From IMG/VR virus record IMGVR_UViG_3300046504_000185, positions 1 to 59,160 of that record: a stretch of DNA of 59,160 nucleotides. One strand, 5' to 3'. The stretch's first letter is position 1, and each line of letters begins with the position of its first letter. Under the pieces are notes generated by a model. That model did not search any database and was not told the origin of the DNA. It saw nothing but the letters and a program-made list of their open reading frames with translations. Shown here in pieces: positions 36,837-47,100 of this stretch. A program made the translations under genes and the position numbers. The stretch comes from a virus. Lineage: Duplodnaviria; Caudoviricetes.

Positions 36837-39800
36837 ATGGATAAATTAAAAGTATTAACCGAGATCAAAGGTTTTCTTGACGGTTATAATAATTTAAAAT
36901 ATTTGGTCAACGTAGAAACTGATCCCAATAATAATATTGCCGAATGTATTATACATGAGCCAGGATGCGATCCTGAGAAAAGGAATATTAAATACACTCC
37001 ATTCATGTATATGAAAAATTTAGAGCAGAGTAAATTAAAATTATATGCTCATTTTCCTGAAATTCTTGAAAATAAAAAAATTGAATATGGCATAACTATT
37101 ACTCCACTCAAAACCGGAAATCATAAAAGATTAAAAAACGGTTATTGTTTTAAGATAACAAGTAGTAAATCATATAATTCAATTATTAAATTTTTAAGTG
37201 ATGGCAAGATATATCCTTATGAAAAACTAAAAGACAGTGATAATAATGATGTCAGGGATGCCAAAGGCGAACCAATATATTTATATAGGGATTTATTTTA
37301 TGCCCCAAGAACGGTTGAACAATTCTTTATTTCGACACAGACAAGGTTATATAAGGGCATTGAAGAATATAAAAATGTACATAAAGTAACATTTGACATT
37401 GAAACAACTTCATTAAGATATCAAATAGGTAGAGTATTTGCAATTGGTGTTAGGGATAACAGGGGTTTTGAAATGATATTGGAAGTCGAGAAATTTAATG
37501 ACGATGAATCAGAAATTAGATTAATCCAAGATTTCTTTAATCTTATTGCAAGTAAACAACCTGCTGTTATTTGCGGTTATAACTCTGAGGAATTTGACTT
37601 TGAATTCATTTTAGGTAGAGCCAAACTTCTTAAAATGGACCTCACCCAACTTCCTACTGGTTTAAAAGATGGTATTCAATTAAGAAGAAGACCCAATACC
37701 AGTGTCAAATATGGCAATACTGCAGAAAAATTTACTGCAACAGAAATGTGGGGATATTCAATTATTGATATTCTACATGCATCGAAACGTACTGCAGCAG
37801 TTAATACTGAAATAAAAGCAACGGGATTAAAGTATATTGCAAAACATGAAAAGATAGCAAAACCCAATAGAACTTATATTAAAGGCGAGGATAATTTTAT
37901 TGGTAGATATTATGGTGAAAATAAAATGTTTGTTATTGATGATAATAATAACTACATACAAGTTCCAGAAGATTATCAAGATGTTACAAGAAAATTGTAT
38001 GTGTTGCAAGCCAATAAAGAAAAATTAAATGATAAGCAATATAAAGATTTCAGGAATTCGTATTTAGATAAATGTCCGGCTTTTATTACTTGGTTTAAAG
38101 ATATTGCATTGCCAAAGAAAATGATTAATTTTATCAGTGGCAAAAATCTCGTAAGACAATATTTATTGGATGACCTTTGGGAAACTGAACAGGTTGATGA
38201 ACTTTATAATCAATCATCGTTCATGTTGTCAAAGATAGTTCCAACTACCTATCAACGTATCTGTACAATGGGTACTGCTGCAATATGGAACTTGCTTTTA
38301 ACTGCATGGAGTTATGAAAATGATTTAGCAATTCCGCATTGTGATGTTAAAGAAGACTTTTCAGGTGGTTTAGCAAGAACATTTAAAATAGGCTACAGTA
38401 TAAGATTGATTAAGATCGACTATGGTTCTCTTTATCCTATGTTACAGTTGACTTGGGATATATTCCCAATGTTCGATATTACAGGTGTTATTAAAAAGAT
38501 GTTATTGTATCTTACAACAACTCGTAATATTTACAAGAGACTTGCAAATAATGATAAATTAAATGCTGAAGAACTTGCATTATTAAAGGAAATTGATCAC
38601 GATGCTTATAGAAAATTAATAGAAAATAAAATAACTGATACTGATAGGGCAATGTTCAAAATCAAACAATTACCTATTAAGATTTTGAATAACTCACTCT
38701 TTGGTGCTTTAGGATCAGATATATCATTTAACTGGTCAGACAATAATTGCGCAGCACGTATTACTTGTAGTGGTCGTTTGGAATTACGTCATGCCATAAC
38801 GTGGTTCAAAAAATATGGTTGTTTGGCATTACTTGCCGTTACTGATGGTATAAACTTTCAGATTCCCGATAGAACTACCATTAAGGTTAATAATGCAGAA
38901 GTATTGTATGATCAGCCAGAAGGTTTAATTGATGAAATGTGGAAGTATGGCGATAAAACAGGCATCGCAGCACTTATAGAAAAGTTCAATAAGGAAGAAA
39001 TGCGTCCACCATATATGTCAGTTGATAATGATGGTGAATATATTAGTTGCTTAAATCTTGCACGTATTAACTATGCTACACTTTCATTGGTGAAAGACAA
39101 GAAAACCGGAGAAATAAAAGAAAAAATCAAACTCACAGGTAATACAATTAAATCCAAAGTAATGTCGGAGTACATTGAAGAATTTATTGATAAGGGTTTT
39201 GAACTGATTCTTCATGGTAAAGGTAAGGAATTTGTTGATTACTATTATGATTATGTTGACGATCTGCGTTTCTGTAGGATTCCATTGAAGAAAATTGCAA
39301 GTAAAAGTAAAGTAAAAACCACATTAAATGGATATAAAAAGAGGGGTAAAGACAAAAATGGTCAGGAGAAGGGTAAGCAGGCACATATGGAATTACTGAT
39401 TGAAAAACGTGAAAAGATTGCAAGAATGTTATTTGAACAACATAAAGGTGAATTTAATTTAGAGAAAGTCAAAAATATTGATGATATTGATACAATCATG
39501 AAATTGGTTTCCAATTATATGCCACCTGAACCCGAATTGGATTCAGTTGTATATCATGTTAATAGGGGTTATTTGAAATCACATGGCGGATCAAGTTGGA
39601 TTAAAGACAAAGAAACGGGTGAGGAAAGATTTGCTGCTGAATTAATTGACAGCAATAATTTGCTTGATAATCCTGAAATGAGAGGCAAATATAATGTTGC
39701 AAAGTATCTAAGTGCTTTCAATAGTAGGGTAAGTACAATTCTTGTGGGATTTGATGATCATGTTATTAATACTTTACTTGCCAAAATTGTGAAAAAGAAA

Positions 39801-40520
39801 ATAAAAGATGAATTTGGTAACAAAAAAGTTGAAGAAGAATTAATTAAGCATTCATATAATCCTGGCGAATTAGAACTAAAGAATTTTGATGGCGATACCT
39901 ACGAAGAATCAATGTATTTAGAGCCAAAAGAAGTTAAGTTTTGGAATAAAACCGGATATGATCCAAGGTTGGTGTGGAACGGTTTTAGTATGTATGAAAA
40001 TGACCGAGTATATTATGAGATTTATGAAGGTGCTTTGAAGTTCTTGAATGATAAAATGCTCGAAAGTGGTAAACCAAAGATCAAATCAATTAATGATAAA
40101 TATGAACAGGGTGATTTTATCTTAGTTAAAGATGGAAGTCAGTACAATCTTGGTGTTTACAATGGTGTATATATTGAAATAATTAGAGAAAATATAGATA
40201 TTCCTAAAAGTCAGGTTGAGATTGAACTCGATAAAAAACGTGCAGAAGAAGAGGAAAAACTTAAAAGTCTTGAAGTTACAATGGCAAAAGAAACGGAAAT
40301 GGATAGGTATTTGAAAGCAATGAAAGAAAAACGTGAAAAATATTTTCCATTATTCCTGCAGAGATTCAAACTCAATGAACAGTATACAATGGATAAACTT
40401 TTTGAAGAAATTCCTGAATCAAGTGGTGCATTTGATGCCTACGTGAAAAACATGGAAACATCTCAGGAAGTGGAAGCAGAAGAATATTCCGATGTTGATG
40501 AAGTTGATGATCCGTATTAA
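36837..40520 (+). CDS. family B DNA polymerase
   Basis: ExoI FDIET, ExoII YNSEEFD, ExoIII YLLDD; motif A DYGSLYP; motif B KILNNSLFG; motif C variant AVTDG. Confidence 0.92.
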   Translation: MDKLKVLTEIKGFLDGYNNLKYLVNVETDPNNNIAECIIHEPGCDPEKRNIKYTPFMYMKNLEQSKLKLYAHFPEILENKKIEYGITITPLKTGNHKRLKNGYCFKITSSKSYNSIIKFLSDGKIYPYEKLKDSDNNDVRDAKGEPIYLYRDLFYAPRTVEQFFISTQTRLYKGIEEYKNVHKVTFDIETTSLRYQIGRVFAIGVRDNRGFEMILEVEKFNDDESEIRLIQDFFNLIASKQPAVICGYNSEEFDFEFILGRAKLLKMDLTQLPTGLKDGIQLRRRPNTSVKYGNTAEKFTATEMWGYSIIDILHASKRTAAVNTEIKATGLKYIAKHEKIAKPNRTYIKGEDNFIGRYYGENKMFVIDDNNNYIQVPEDYQDVTRKLYVLQANKEKLNDKQYKDFRNSYLDKCPAFITWFKDIALPKKMINFISGKNLVRQYLLDDLWETEQVDELYNQSSFMLSKIVPTTYQRICTMGTAAIWNLLLTAWSYENDLAIPHCDVKEDFSGGLARTFKIGYSIRLIKIDYGSLYPMLQLTWDIFPMFDITGVIKKMLLYLTTTRNIYKRLANNDKLNAEELALLKEIDHDAYRKLIENKITDTDRAMFKIKQLPIKILNNSLFGALGSDISFNWSDNNCAARITCSGRLELRHAITWFKKYGCLALLAVTDGINFQIPDRTTIKVNNAEVLYDQPEGLIDEMWKYGDKTGIAALIEKFNKEEMRPPYMSVDNDGEYISCLNLARINYATLSLVKDKKTGEIKEKIKLTGNTIKSKVMSEYIEEFIDKGFELILHGKGKEFVDYYYDYVDDLRFCRIPLKKIASKSKVKTTLNGYKKRGKDKNGQEKGKQAHMELLIEKREKIARMLFEQHKGEFNLEKVKNIDDIDTIMKLVSNYMPPEPELDSVVYHVNRGYLKSHGGSSWIKDKETGEERFAAELIDSNNLLDNPEMRGKYNVAKYLSAFNSRVSTILVGFDDHVINTLLAKIVKKKIKDEFGNKKVEEELIKHSYNPGELELKNFDGDTYEESMYLEPKEVKFWNKTGYDPRLVWNGFSMYENDRVYYEIYEGALKFLNDKMLESGKPKIKSINDKYEQGDFILVKDGSQYNLGVYNGVYIEIIRENIDIPKSQVEIELDKKRAEEEEKLKSLEVTMAKETEMDRYLKAMKEKREKYFPLFLQRFKLNEQYTMDKLFEEIPESSGAFDAYVKNMETSQEVEAEEYSDVDEVDDPY

Positions 40521-40553
40521 CATTTAATAGTATTTATATGAAAATATTGTATC

Positions 40554-41417
40554 ATGCAACTCAAAAAGAAAGAATTAATGGAGATCATAGATTCCAATGG
40601 CGACTTGATTGGAAAGAATGATATGCCTGCAGTAGATGCTAATGCAGACACCCAAGCCAATAATACTACAGACTATAATGCTAAAATAGGCACTCAACCA
40701 TTCAGGTATGATATGTTGGGTCGTTTTGGTTTTACTATGATGCCATTTTTGGAAGGCAAAGAAGATCAAGGACAATTGGACCTTCTTGATGAATTATCTG
40801 CTTTAATGCATAATAAATTCGTAGAACTTACTGATTATTATATCAAACATCCTAATTTATTAAAACCCGATAATCGCAAAGCAAAGGAAGAAAGTGTAGG
40901 ACACAATGAAGAATGTGAAAAAAGAGATATTGAATGGGCAAAAGAAGCAATAAAAATTTTTCAAAGTAATTTCGAAAAGGCATTCAAAGAACCAATTGAT
41001 GAAGCACTTAACAAATCCGATAATTTATCATTGCCTATGGATGATGAAATAAAATACGAATTAAAAAGATTACTTACAGGTAGTAAATATGATAAAGGTG
41101 GAATACTTGACCAAAGAGTTGATCAATTACTTCAGGTACAAGCCAAATGGTTAGAAAGAGCAAAGGAATTATATAGTGCAGAAGAAATTGCCAAAAAATT
41201 ATTTATTTATGATAAAAATCTTAACTCAGGTGTTAGTCTTGATGAAGCCAAGGTTGCCGAAGATAAAATAGTTGACAAGAAAGCCGAAGATGAAATATCA
41301 AATAAAACTGAAGATAAGGAAGTCCGTGAAAAAAAACTTGAAAAAATTGCTGGCTTAATTAATAAGTTGGAAAAGAATGATAAGGAAAAAATTAAAAATT
41401 TATTGGAAAGAAAGTAA
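40554..41417 (+). CDS. hypothetical protein, possible head/internal protein
   Basis: ORF after GTATTTATA; several [ILV]xE sites. Confidence 0.7.
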   Translation: MQLKKKELMEIIDSNGDLIGKNDMPAVDANADTQANNTTDYNAKIGTQPFRYDMLGRFGFTMMPFLEGKEDQGQLDLLDELSALMHNKFVELTDYYIKHPNLLKPDNRKAKEESVGHNEECEKRDIEWAKEAIKIFQSNFEKAFKEPIDEALNKSDNLSLPMDDEIKYELKRLLTGSKYDKGGILDQRVDQLLQVQAKWLERAKELYSAEEIAKKLFIYDKNLNSGVSLDEAKVAEDKIVDKKAEDEISNKTEDKEVREKKLEKIAGLINKLEKNDKEKIKNLLERK

Positions 41418-42206
41418 ATGGCTAACTCAGAATTATATGGTAAGACGTTTCCTGTGCCCTCTGACGTGATTAAATATGTCCAGACGGTGTTGGTATCCAA
41501 CCCCAATGGTGAAGGCGTTAAAAGGGCAAAATTCATTGTTAAAAACGGTATATTGACTTATCAGGAATTAAAACGTTTGAAGAATTTTTTTGATACTTAT
41601 AATCCTGAAATAACCGATAAAATGCAATATGCTCTTGCAGGTGGTAATTTAATGAAAGCATTTGTTGATAAAACACTTCAGGCAGAAAGAAATGCAGTTA
41701 AAGGGGGAAAGGAGATAAGACGGGATATGAATATTGATCCTAATTTAGCCACACATGCTTATCAGACACCAAGACTATCAGAAGCAGAAGATAAAGATAA
41801 GAAAGAGGAAAAACAAAAAAATGCTGTTGCTGTCATTGTAAATAGTGATAATAAAATATTATTATTGAAAAGAGCAAAGATTAAAGATATTTGGATGCCG
41901 GAAAAATGGGCACTTGTTGGTGGCAGAATTGAAAAGGGTGAGACTCCGCAAAAGGCAGTTGAAAGAGAAATAACAGAAGAAACGGGTTTAACGATTGATA
42001 AGTTTATAAAAACTTTTGCAATACATAGAAATCCTGGTAGTATTGAACACATCTTTGCATGCCGTTATGATGGCGATCCGACTGACATTACTTTGAATGA
42101 AGAAAATACAAATTATGGTTGGTATGATATTGATGAAATGAATTATTTGGATATTGTACCGCATTTGATAGAATACATTACATTATCGTTTAAAAAATAT
42201 GAATAA
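41418..42206 (+). CDS. unknown N-domain + NUDIX hydrolase
   Basis: Nudix box GGRIEKGETPQKAVEREITEETGL. Confidence 0.85.
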   Translation: MANSELYGKTFPVPSDVIKYVQTVLVSNPNGEGVKRAKFIVKNGILTYQELKRLKNFFDTYNPEITDKMQYALAGGNLMKAFVDKTLQAERNAVKGGKEIRRDMNIDPNLATHAYQTPRLSEAEDKDKKEEKQKNAVAVIVNSDNKILLLKRAKIKDIWMPEKWALVGGRIEKGETPQKAVEREITEETGLTIDKFIKTFAIHRNPGSIEHIFACRYDGDPTDITLNEENTNYGWYDIDEMNYLDIVPHLIEYITLSFKKYE

Positions 42207-42249
42207 TGTATTTATAATAAAATAATATAAGAATTAAAACAAGAAAAAA

Positions 42250-42480
42250 ATGAGTAAATTAGAAGAAGTAAGTGCACCTTTTAGAAAAACTGAAGTTGCA
42301 AGAAATATGTTTAATTATAATGATGAATATACACTTGGCAATCCAGAAGAACTTTCACCAATAGGTAAAGGCGAAAATAATGGTGAAGTTGGTAGTGCAG
42401 TAGATATTGCAACAAGAAAAGTTTTAGTTGCTAAGAATCCATATAATTATAACAGAGAGTATAACGCAGGAAACGACTAA
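42250..42480 (+). CDS. small hypothetical protein
   Basis: ORF after GTATTTATA; internal repeat ARNMFNYNDEY / AKNPYNYNREY. Confidence 0.7.
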   Translation: MSKLEEVSAPFRKTEVARNMFNYNDEYTLGNPEELSPIGKGENNGEVGSAVDIATRKVLVAKNPYNYNREYNAGND

Positions 42481-43367
42481 TGTTAAGTGAGGTTAAAATA
42501 TTTTTTGAAAACCTCACACACTTTCGACAACTTTTAACTGAGGGTGTTGGTCAGGGTAGTATTGTTGATGCCATTAATAAACATAAAATCGTGCATATTT
42601 ATTATGCAGGCGATGATACAATTTTAAAAGGTTATCGAACAATAAAGCCATACGTATTGGGCAGTTCTAAGTCAAAAGAGGCGGAAACAAAACCTTACAT
42701 GTTATTGAGAGCATGGGAAACTGCAGGTAATTCAGATAGTAAAAAAATGTATTATGACCAAAAAGGAAAGGGACAATATGGTTGGAGATTATTCAGAGTA
42801 GATAAAATCACTTCTTTCTTGCCAACAGGTGAACTTTTCAGTACAGAAAAAAGTAAATTTCCAGACCCTGATGCGTATAATCCCAATGATTCTCAGATGG
42901 GAAGTATTGTTGCTGCCGTTGAAATTGTTGGTGATCAACCAAAAACAAGTGTTAAAGGTAATGTAACTCAGCAACAGGTTCAACCATCGGGTGATACGTC
43001 AGTATTTGCCGGACAGAAAGAAAAATTTCAGAAATTTTCAAACGTTGGCAAAAAACAAAGAGAAGCAACTGCTGATGAAATTGAACATCTTTGGGGAATG
43101 GTAAATCAAATGAGAGCAAGAGGCGCAAAATCAAAATATTTTGTTGTGCAGAATGAACATGGTGACATGATATTAAAAACAGAAAATCAATTACCAAATA
43201 TTGATCCCGATTCAGTTGTTGGAAATCTTAAGGATTTATATAATAAATTAGTAATAGAACCACAACCTGTCGATAACTCATTCTTCAAACAGGTCGAAGG
43301 TAAAATGAGTAAAGATAATATTGCAAAAGAAAATCTCAATAAAAAGGATTTTTTCAAAAATCGATAG
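42480..43367 (+). CDS. WYL-domain protein
   Basis: IYY...GYRTIKPYVLG...LLRAWE...GWRLFRVDKITS. Confidence 0.75.
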   Translation: MLSEVKIFFENLTHFRQLLTEGVGQGSIVDAINKHKIVHIYYAGDDTILKGYRTIKPYVLGSSKSKEAETKPYMLLRAWETAGNSDSKKMYYDQKGKGQYGWRLFRVDKITSFLPTGELFSTEKSKFPDPDAYNPNDSQMGSIVAAVEIVGDQPKTSVKGNVTQQQVQPSGDTSVFAGQKEKFQKFSNVGKKQREATADEIEHLWGMVNQMRARGAKSKYFVVQNEHGDMILKTENQLPNIDPDSVVGNLKDLYNKLVIEPQPVDNSFFKQVEGKMSKDNIAKENLNKKDFFKNR

Positions 43368-43405
43368 TATTTATAAAAAATAATAAAATTTTATAATTTC
43401 AAGTA

Positions 43406-44125
43406 ATGGCAGGAAAAGTTGATTTAAATAAGATAAAAGAAGAAATTGATGTCCGTAAAAAGGAAAGAGGCGTTATGACTGAAAGAGTTCAGGGTGCAAC
43501 ATTGATGCCCAAAGATCAGTTTTTAAATGGTTTAATGACCTCACTTCAAACAGGACAGGATACTGCAGCAACAAATTTAATAAAGTTAGTTGAAAATAAA
43601 ACTGCAGCAAAACACGGAGAAATAGTAAGACATGCTGTAAATGAAACAGTCTTACCGACAACAGTACCAACGGCAAATGTACGTCCAATTCAAGGTGGAA
43701 TACCACTTGAACAAGTAGATATGTCACCTGAAAGAGATGAACAAATGTTTCGTGATCTGGAAGCAAAAAGAAAGAAAACGTTGGCAGAATCAATGAATGA
43801 ATACATTAATGCACCGCATGTTGGTGCTCCAATGTCAAATCAACAAGTTGCTATTCCACCTGCAACAACATATATGAGTAATGGTACAACAAGAGTACCA
43901 ATGCTTAATGAAGCATATCTTGTCGAAAACGTAAATAAGATTGTTCACAATTATCTTGCTGAAAATCTTGGTCCGGTATTCGAAGAGGCAATCAAAAGCA
44001 CAATTATTGAAATGTATGCAGTTGAAAGAATCAAAGAAGTACTGCAAGAAAATCGAGAAATGATAAAGACTGTAGTTATTGAAACAATTAAAGAGATACA
44101 GGCAAGGAGTAAAAAAGCACAGTAA
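43406..44125 (+). CDS. hypothetical protein
   Basis: ORF after GTATTTATA; helical C-terminus. Confidence 0.75.
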   Translation: MAGKVDLNKIKEEIDVRKKERGVMTERVQGATLMPKDQFLNGLMTSLQTGQDTAATNLIKLVENKTAAKHGEIVRHAVNETVLPTTVPTANVRPIQGGIPLEQVDMSPERDEQMFRDLEAKRKKTLAESMNEYINAPHVGAPMSNQQVAIPPATTYMSNGTTRVPMLNEAYLVENVNKIVHNYLAENLGPVFEEAIKSTIIEMYAVERIKEVLQENREMIKTVVIETIKEIQARSKKAQ

Positions 44126-44182
44126 TCTGTGCTTTCTTTTTATAATCAAGTTTGTATTTATTAATAACTTAATATCATCAGT

Positions 44183-47100
44183 ATGACATTTGCCGAATTT
44201 AAAGAGACTTTCTTACCTGAACTACTTAAAATCAAATCATTTAAAGGTAAAATGGACTATGCAAATCAACATTTGCAGAGGATCGGCAGTGGTACTGGCA
44301 GAGTTGTTTATGATATTGATGATGAAAAGATATTGAAATTAGCAAAAAACCCCAAGGGTATTGCACAAAATGAAGCCGAAGCAGGTGCAGGATATTATCG
44401 TGATACACATCATATTGTTGCAGTAGTATTTGATAGTGCCGATGATGATTCATGGTTAATTGCTGAAAAAGCAAAGAAAGTCAATGAAAAAAGAATTATT
44501 GAACTAACAGGCATTCCAAGCCTTAATGACTTGTGGATGTATCTCAAAAATTTTCATTCAAGTAATAACGGCAGAGGAAATATCTTTGGACTAAGTAAAG
44601 ATATTGTTGAACAATTAAATAATAATGAATTTGCACAGGATTTACAGAATTTCGTTGCAGATTATTCACAACAACCCGGAGATTATGGTAGACCAAGCAC
44701 TTATGGAGAAGTTCTTCACGATGGTCAACCATCAATTGTTTTAACCGATTATGGTTTAAATGATGAAGTATATGACACTCATTATAAGCCGAAAAAAGAA
44801 CGCATGTACGAACTCTATAATTTTGCTGATGGTAATGATGATATTCTCGGTGATCTGCCACCACAAGATGCTGTAGATACTCGTCAGGCTATGTGGGGTT
44901 TAATGCCTTATAGTGTTAGTGACGGTGAGGGACAAGAAGTTATAAATGAAAAATTTGTTTCATTTATTAATAATACTAACAAATATCCTACAAGAAGAAT
45001 ATTGCCAAGTACTCCATCCTTAATGGATGAATTTCACAATGTCGTAAATAATCTTAATGAAGTACTTGAAAAGGTCAGTGATAAAAAGAAATTTTATAAT
45101 AATTTATTAGAACTTCAAGATTATTTGATCCGAGGTAAATTCTATGATAGAGAACCATTACAAAAAGAAATGATTGAATTGGATGAAACCAATACACCAA
45201 AACTTAAACCAATGCAATTAGATAAAAACTATAGTAATGGTGTTGCAGAAAAAGTTGCGCAAAAATTAAATCTTGGTGCACCACAATATCTTGGTGGTGG
45301 CGGTTTTGGATATGCGTATTTAATTAATGGGAATAAGGTATTAAAAATAACAACAGATGTATCTGAAGTTGATGCAGGTCTGAAGATCAAAAGAGCAAAA
45401 CCTCAAGCACTTGTGGCTGTTTATAATATATATAAAATAGTTGATGCTGAAAATAATACCTCAACATATGCTCTCATTGAAGAACATATTGCCAATAAAC
45501 CAATAGATGAATTTTTTAAATATGTTTCGATTTTAAATGAAATCCAACCCGAACCCAATATATATGGAAATCTTATGATAATGTTAAGAAAAAAGAAACT
45601 TGATGAATATCAGGAATTAAGTCAAAAGATTTTAACCGAAAATCCAAATGCAGACATACCTCAGTCTGATAGACAAAAGGCATATAATTTTATGATGGGA
45701 TTTCTTGAAATCAAAAAAGAATTGATGCAACTTCAAATCAAATCTGACGATTATAGTAATTTAGAGAATGTGGGTTATAAAGATGGTATTTTAACATACT
45801 TTGATATTGGTGGTAGTTTTAATATAATGCAAGAACCACAACTTCCACCGGAAAATCGAATTGATTTACCGGAAGATGGTTCAGCAAGATTTTCAACCGT
45901 TGATTCTATTGGTAGAGATAATTTTCCTGCATATAATAATACAGATGATGGTTCTCCATTAACTGATCCTAATCTTCCTGTGAATATTTTTGCAGAAGAT
46001 TTGGAATATAATCATGTAGCAGGCGATGCAACACAAGATAAATTCCAGATCACTGAAAGAAAAATGTCTTATATGCCAGGTAGTCAAGCCGTTGAAGTTA
46101 AGAAAAAATGTAGATTGGCAGGTCTTGGCAATACTTCAACTGCTTGTAATCAGGGTGATATTAGCAATTTGAATTTCAAATCAATTGATGAAACTGCAGA
46201 TGTTAATATACCGGGTAAATTAAATGGATATGATTCACTTAAAATAATAGATGGAGATCAAGTTGTGGGTGAAGTTGGTATTATGGATAGGGGAGTTCAG
46301 GGCGGTAATCATTATATTGCTATTGATAAAATTTTTATCGATAAAAATTTCAGAGGTAATGGTTATGCTAATGATGCAATGAATTTAATTTTTGATTATG
46401 CTGATAAAAATAATATAATTGTTACATTAACTCCTGATAATATGTGGGGTGCAAGTGTACCTAAACTAAAAGCATGGTATAAATCAATAGGTTTTGTTGA
46501 AAATAAAGGCAAGAAAAAGGATTTTCAGACCATGCAGTTAATGTATAGATTGCCAAAGGGTCGTGTTAATGAAGAAATTGATGCGAGTGAAGCATATTGG
46601 GATTCAGGAGTAGTACGTACTATGATTCAAGGTAGAAAAGATGTTGGATTACTTGCATCTAAGTTATATCCTGATCTTTATAGTATTGCAGAAAAATATA
46701 ATTTCGGTTTGATTCCAATAAAACAAAGTGATCATAATTTAGATATGAATATTGTCTATCGCAAAACTCCAAGAGGCGAAGCCAATGCAAAGAAATTAGA
46801 ACAAATTATGATTAGTCATGGTGGATATGTTCAAGATAAAACACCTGAAGAAGCACGTGAAATTGGAAAATTATTGGATTATAGTGATGATTCAATTCAG
46901 CAATTCATAGACAGGATATACAAAAATGCTCCGAAAGCACCAGAGTATGCAGATTATCAAGAACTTAATGAACAAACCATTAAGGACTTTGAAAGTCAAA
47001 TTCATAAAGATAATAATACACATGAATTAGATAAATTTCATTTGTATGATCAGGATGATTTTAAAGTATATGCAGTTAATGGTGAAGCAGTACGTGACAA

